A stretch of 64,000 nt of DNA, from assembly GCA_965219445.1 (NCBI GenBank), contig CBDCNQ010000005.1, forward strand, positions 1,600,001-1,664,000, written 5' to 3'. Source of the stretch: Longimicrobiales bacterium (GTDB taxonomy: Bacteria; Gemmatimonadota; Gemmatimonadetes; Longimicrobiales; Gaopeijiaceae). The stretch's first letter is position 1, and each line of letters begins with the position of its first letter. The notes beneath the pieces are model-generated. The model saw only the letters and a list, made by a program, of their open reading frames with translations, searched no databases and had not been told where the DNA came from. The position numbers and the translations under genes were made by a program. Positions 62,425 to 64,000 of this stretch are shown here, piece by piece.

Positions 62425-63687
62425 TCAGCGAGCCGGTTCGGCCTCCGGGTCGCGACTCTTGTCGGCCAGGTACGCCGCCCAATCGTCCATCAGGACGCGC
62501 CTGCGCTCGAAGAGGTCCGAACGCGCGTAGGCAGCTTCCACCTTGTTGCCAACCGCATGCGCCAACGCGGCCTCGGCGACTTCACGCGGTGCGTTGGAAC
62601 ACTCGCCGCACCAGTCCCTGAAGCTCGACCGGAAGCCGTGCGGCACGGCCGCGATACCCAGGTCTCGGAGCAGCGTGGAGAGTCTGCTGTGGGCAGATGC
62701 GCGGCCCTCCGGCGACGGGAAAACGAGACCGCTGCCGCCGCCGAGCGTCCGCGCCTCGCTCAGTATCTCCACAGCGCGCCCGGACAGCGGCACCCTGTGG
62801 GGGCGATGGGCCTTCGTGCGTTCGGCGGGAACCGTCCACTCTCGAGCCTCCAGGTCGATTTCATCCCAGTGCGCCAAGCGAACCTCTCCCGAGCGGGCCG
62901 CCGTCAACACCAGGAACTCGAAGGCGAGTTTCGTGGCCGGGTAAGCGTGCGACTTCCGCACCGTCTCCATCGCGCCCGCGACCTTCGAGTGATGCAACGC
63001 GCGCATGTGCCGGACTACGGCTCGTTGTCGGCCAAGCGCTTGACCGAGCACATCGCTGGCGGGGTTGTCCGGCCGAAGCCCCATCGCCACCGCCCACTTC
63101 ATCACCGCCCCGATGCGCTGGCGCACCCGCCGGGCAGTCACCTGCTTGGCGTGCCAGATCGGTGTCAGCACCGCCAGAACGTCGGCTGTCGTTATCTCGC
63201 CAACCGGACGATGGCCCAGCTGTGGGAACGCGTAGACGCGCAAGCTGGAGACCCAGTCCTTCTCATGCCTGGCGCTGCGCCAGCCCGGCCGCAGCTGTTC
63301 CAGAACACGGTCGGCCGCCTCGGCGAACGTGGGCATGTCCCGGACCTTGTGCCGCTCGGTCCGCGGATCGCCGCCCGAGCGCGCGATCTTGCGGTTCGTG
63401 AATGCCTTCTCGCGCGCCTCGGCCAGCGATACCAGCTGGTAGCCCCCGAGCCCCAGCGTGCGGTTTCGGCCCTGGATCCGCAGACGCTGCTCCCATCGGC
63501 GCGCGCCCGATCGGTCCACGCGCAGATAGAGGCCGTTCCCATCGCAGTAGTATCCGGGCTTGGCGCTGCGCACGAAGGCCGCGCTGAGTGCGTTATGCGG
63601 TCGCCTGCCTCGGTGTTTGGGCAAATCCAATTCGGGAGTCCCCGTATAAAGTATCGTATGTTGTATACGGGAACATAGTGGACACAC
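62425..63687 (-). CDS. P4-like tyrosine integrase, near-identical to 40194-41441
   Basis: Direct comparison; diverges mainly after ...RRVLMD. Confidence 0.95.
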   Translation of the reverse strand: MCPLCSRIQHTILYTGTPELDLPKHRGRRPHNALSAAFVRSAKPGYYCDGNGLYLRVDRSGARRWEQRLRIQGRNRTLGLGGYQLVSLAEAREKAFTNRKIARSGGDPRTERHKVRDMPTFAEAADRVLEQLRPGWRSARHEKDWVSSLRVYAFPQLGHRPVGEITTADVLAVLTPIWHAKQVTARRVRQRIGAVMKWAVAMGLRPDNPASDVLGQALGRQRAVVRHMRALHHSKVAGAMETVRKSHAYPATKLAFEFLVLTAARSGEVRLAHWDEIDLEAREWTVPAERTKAHRPHRVPLSGRAVEILSEARTLGGGSGLVFPSPEGRASAHSRLSTLLRDLGIAAVPHGFRSSFRDWCGECSNAPREVAEAALAHAVGNKVEAAYARSDLFERRRVLMDDWAAYLADKSRDPEAEPAR

Positions 63688-63790
63688 AGCGACAGTGCAA
63701 CCGGAAGTGTCCTACATAACTCACTGTGATAGCTATAGTTATAGAATCTTATCGGACACATATGGATTGTATTGGAATCTATGTGTAGCA

Positions 63791-63801
63791 GACGGTTGAT
63801 C
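63791..63801 (-). repeat. att core of second virB4-inserted element
   Basis: GACGGTTGATC = reverse complement of GATCAACCGTC. Confidence 0.9.
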
Positions 63802-64000
63802 AGCTCGGAGAGAAGCCGCGAGGCTTCGGCGGGCTCGAGCATCTCGATCGGCGTGTGCTCCTCCACGAGTGCACGGCCCGCGTCCACCGTCGCGCGAAAG
63901 CGGGCGGCGGCGGCCTCGATCTCGGAACCGAGGTAGGTGGGCGCGCTCGCCCGGTGGCGCTGCCACCACTGCCTGAGACGGGAGGCTCTTCCCGATGTTG
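63791..64000 (-). pseudogene. virB4: Second VirB4, 5' part (interrupted at the same codon; runs off window)
   Basis: PTYLGSEIEAAAARFRATVDAGRALVEEHTPIEMLEPAEASRLLSELINR, paralogous to ~39940-40090. Confidence 0.85.

Noticed and set aside
1..64000. CRISPR array or cas genes
   Set aside because: No regularly spaced direct repeats with unique spacers and no Cas-like ORFs seen.

Overview
GC-rich bacterial DNA. The gene content (TolB-like/TPR cyclase, Ig-like lipoprotein stub, Sel1 proteins) tentatively suggests a Gemmatimonadota-like, possibly host-associated organism; this is inference only. 1-7.1 kb holds an Fe-S/radical-SAM/USP/ABC operon. 7.2-38 kb is an IS-riddled accessory region with ispH, a squalene/phytoene synthase, an Rsb-type partner-switching module, an MpaB-like oxygenase, an MMPL/LolA-like lipid transporter and AbiE. 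38-64 kb holds one VirB-type conjugative element and the start of a second, inverted one. Two nested-parasite systems stand out. (1) A tyrosine-integrase element sits inside virB4 between 11-bp direct repeats (GATCAACCGTC). Precise excision would restore the VirB4 frame, the element carries a copy of a structured intergenic region of the host element, and a near-identical integrase abuts the same site in a second virB4. (2) An IS110-family (IS1111-type) element sits twice inside the left inverted repeat of an IS256 element. Its 3' non-coding region contains a stem-loop whose two loop strands match exactly that target, as expected of a bridge/seek RNA. All calls are from reading the sequence; no database searches were run.
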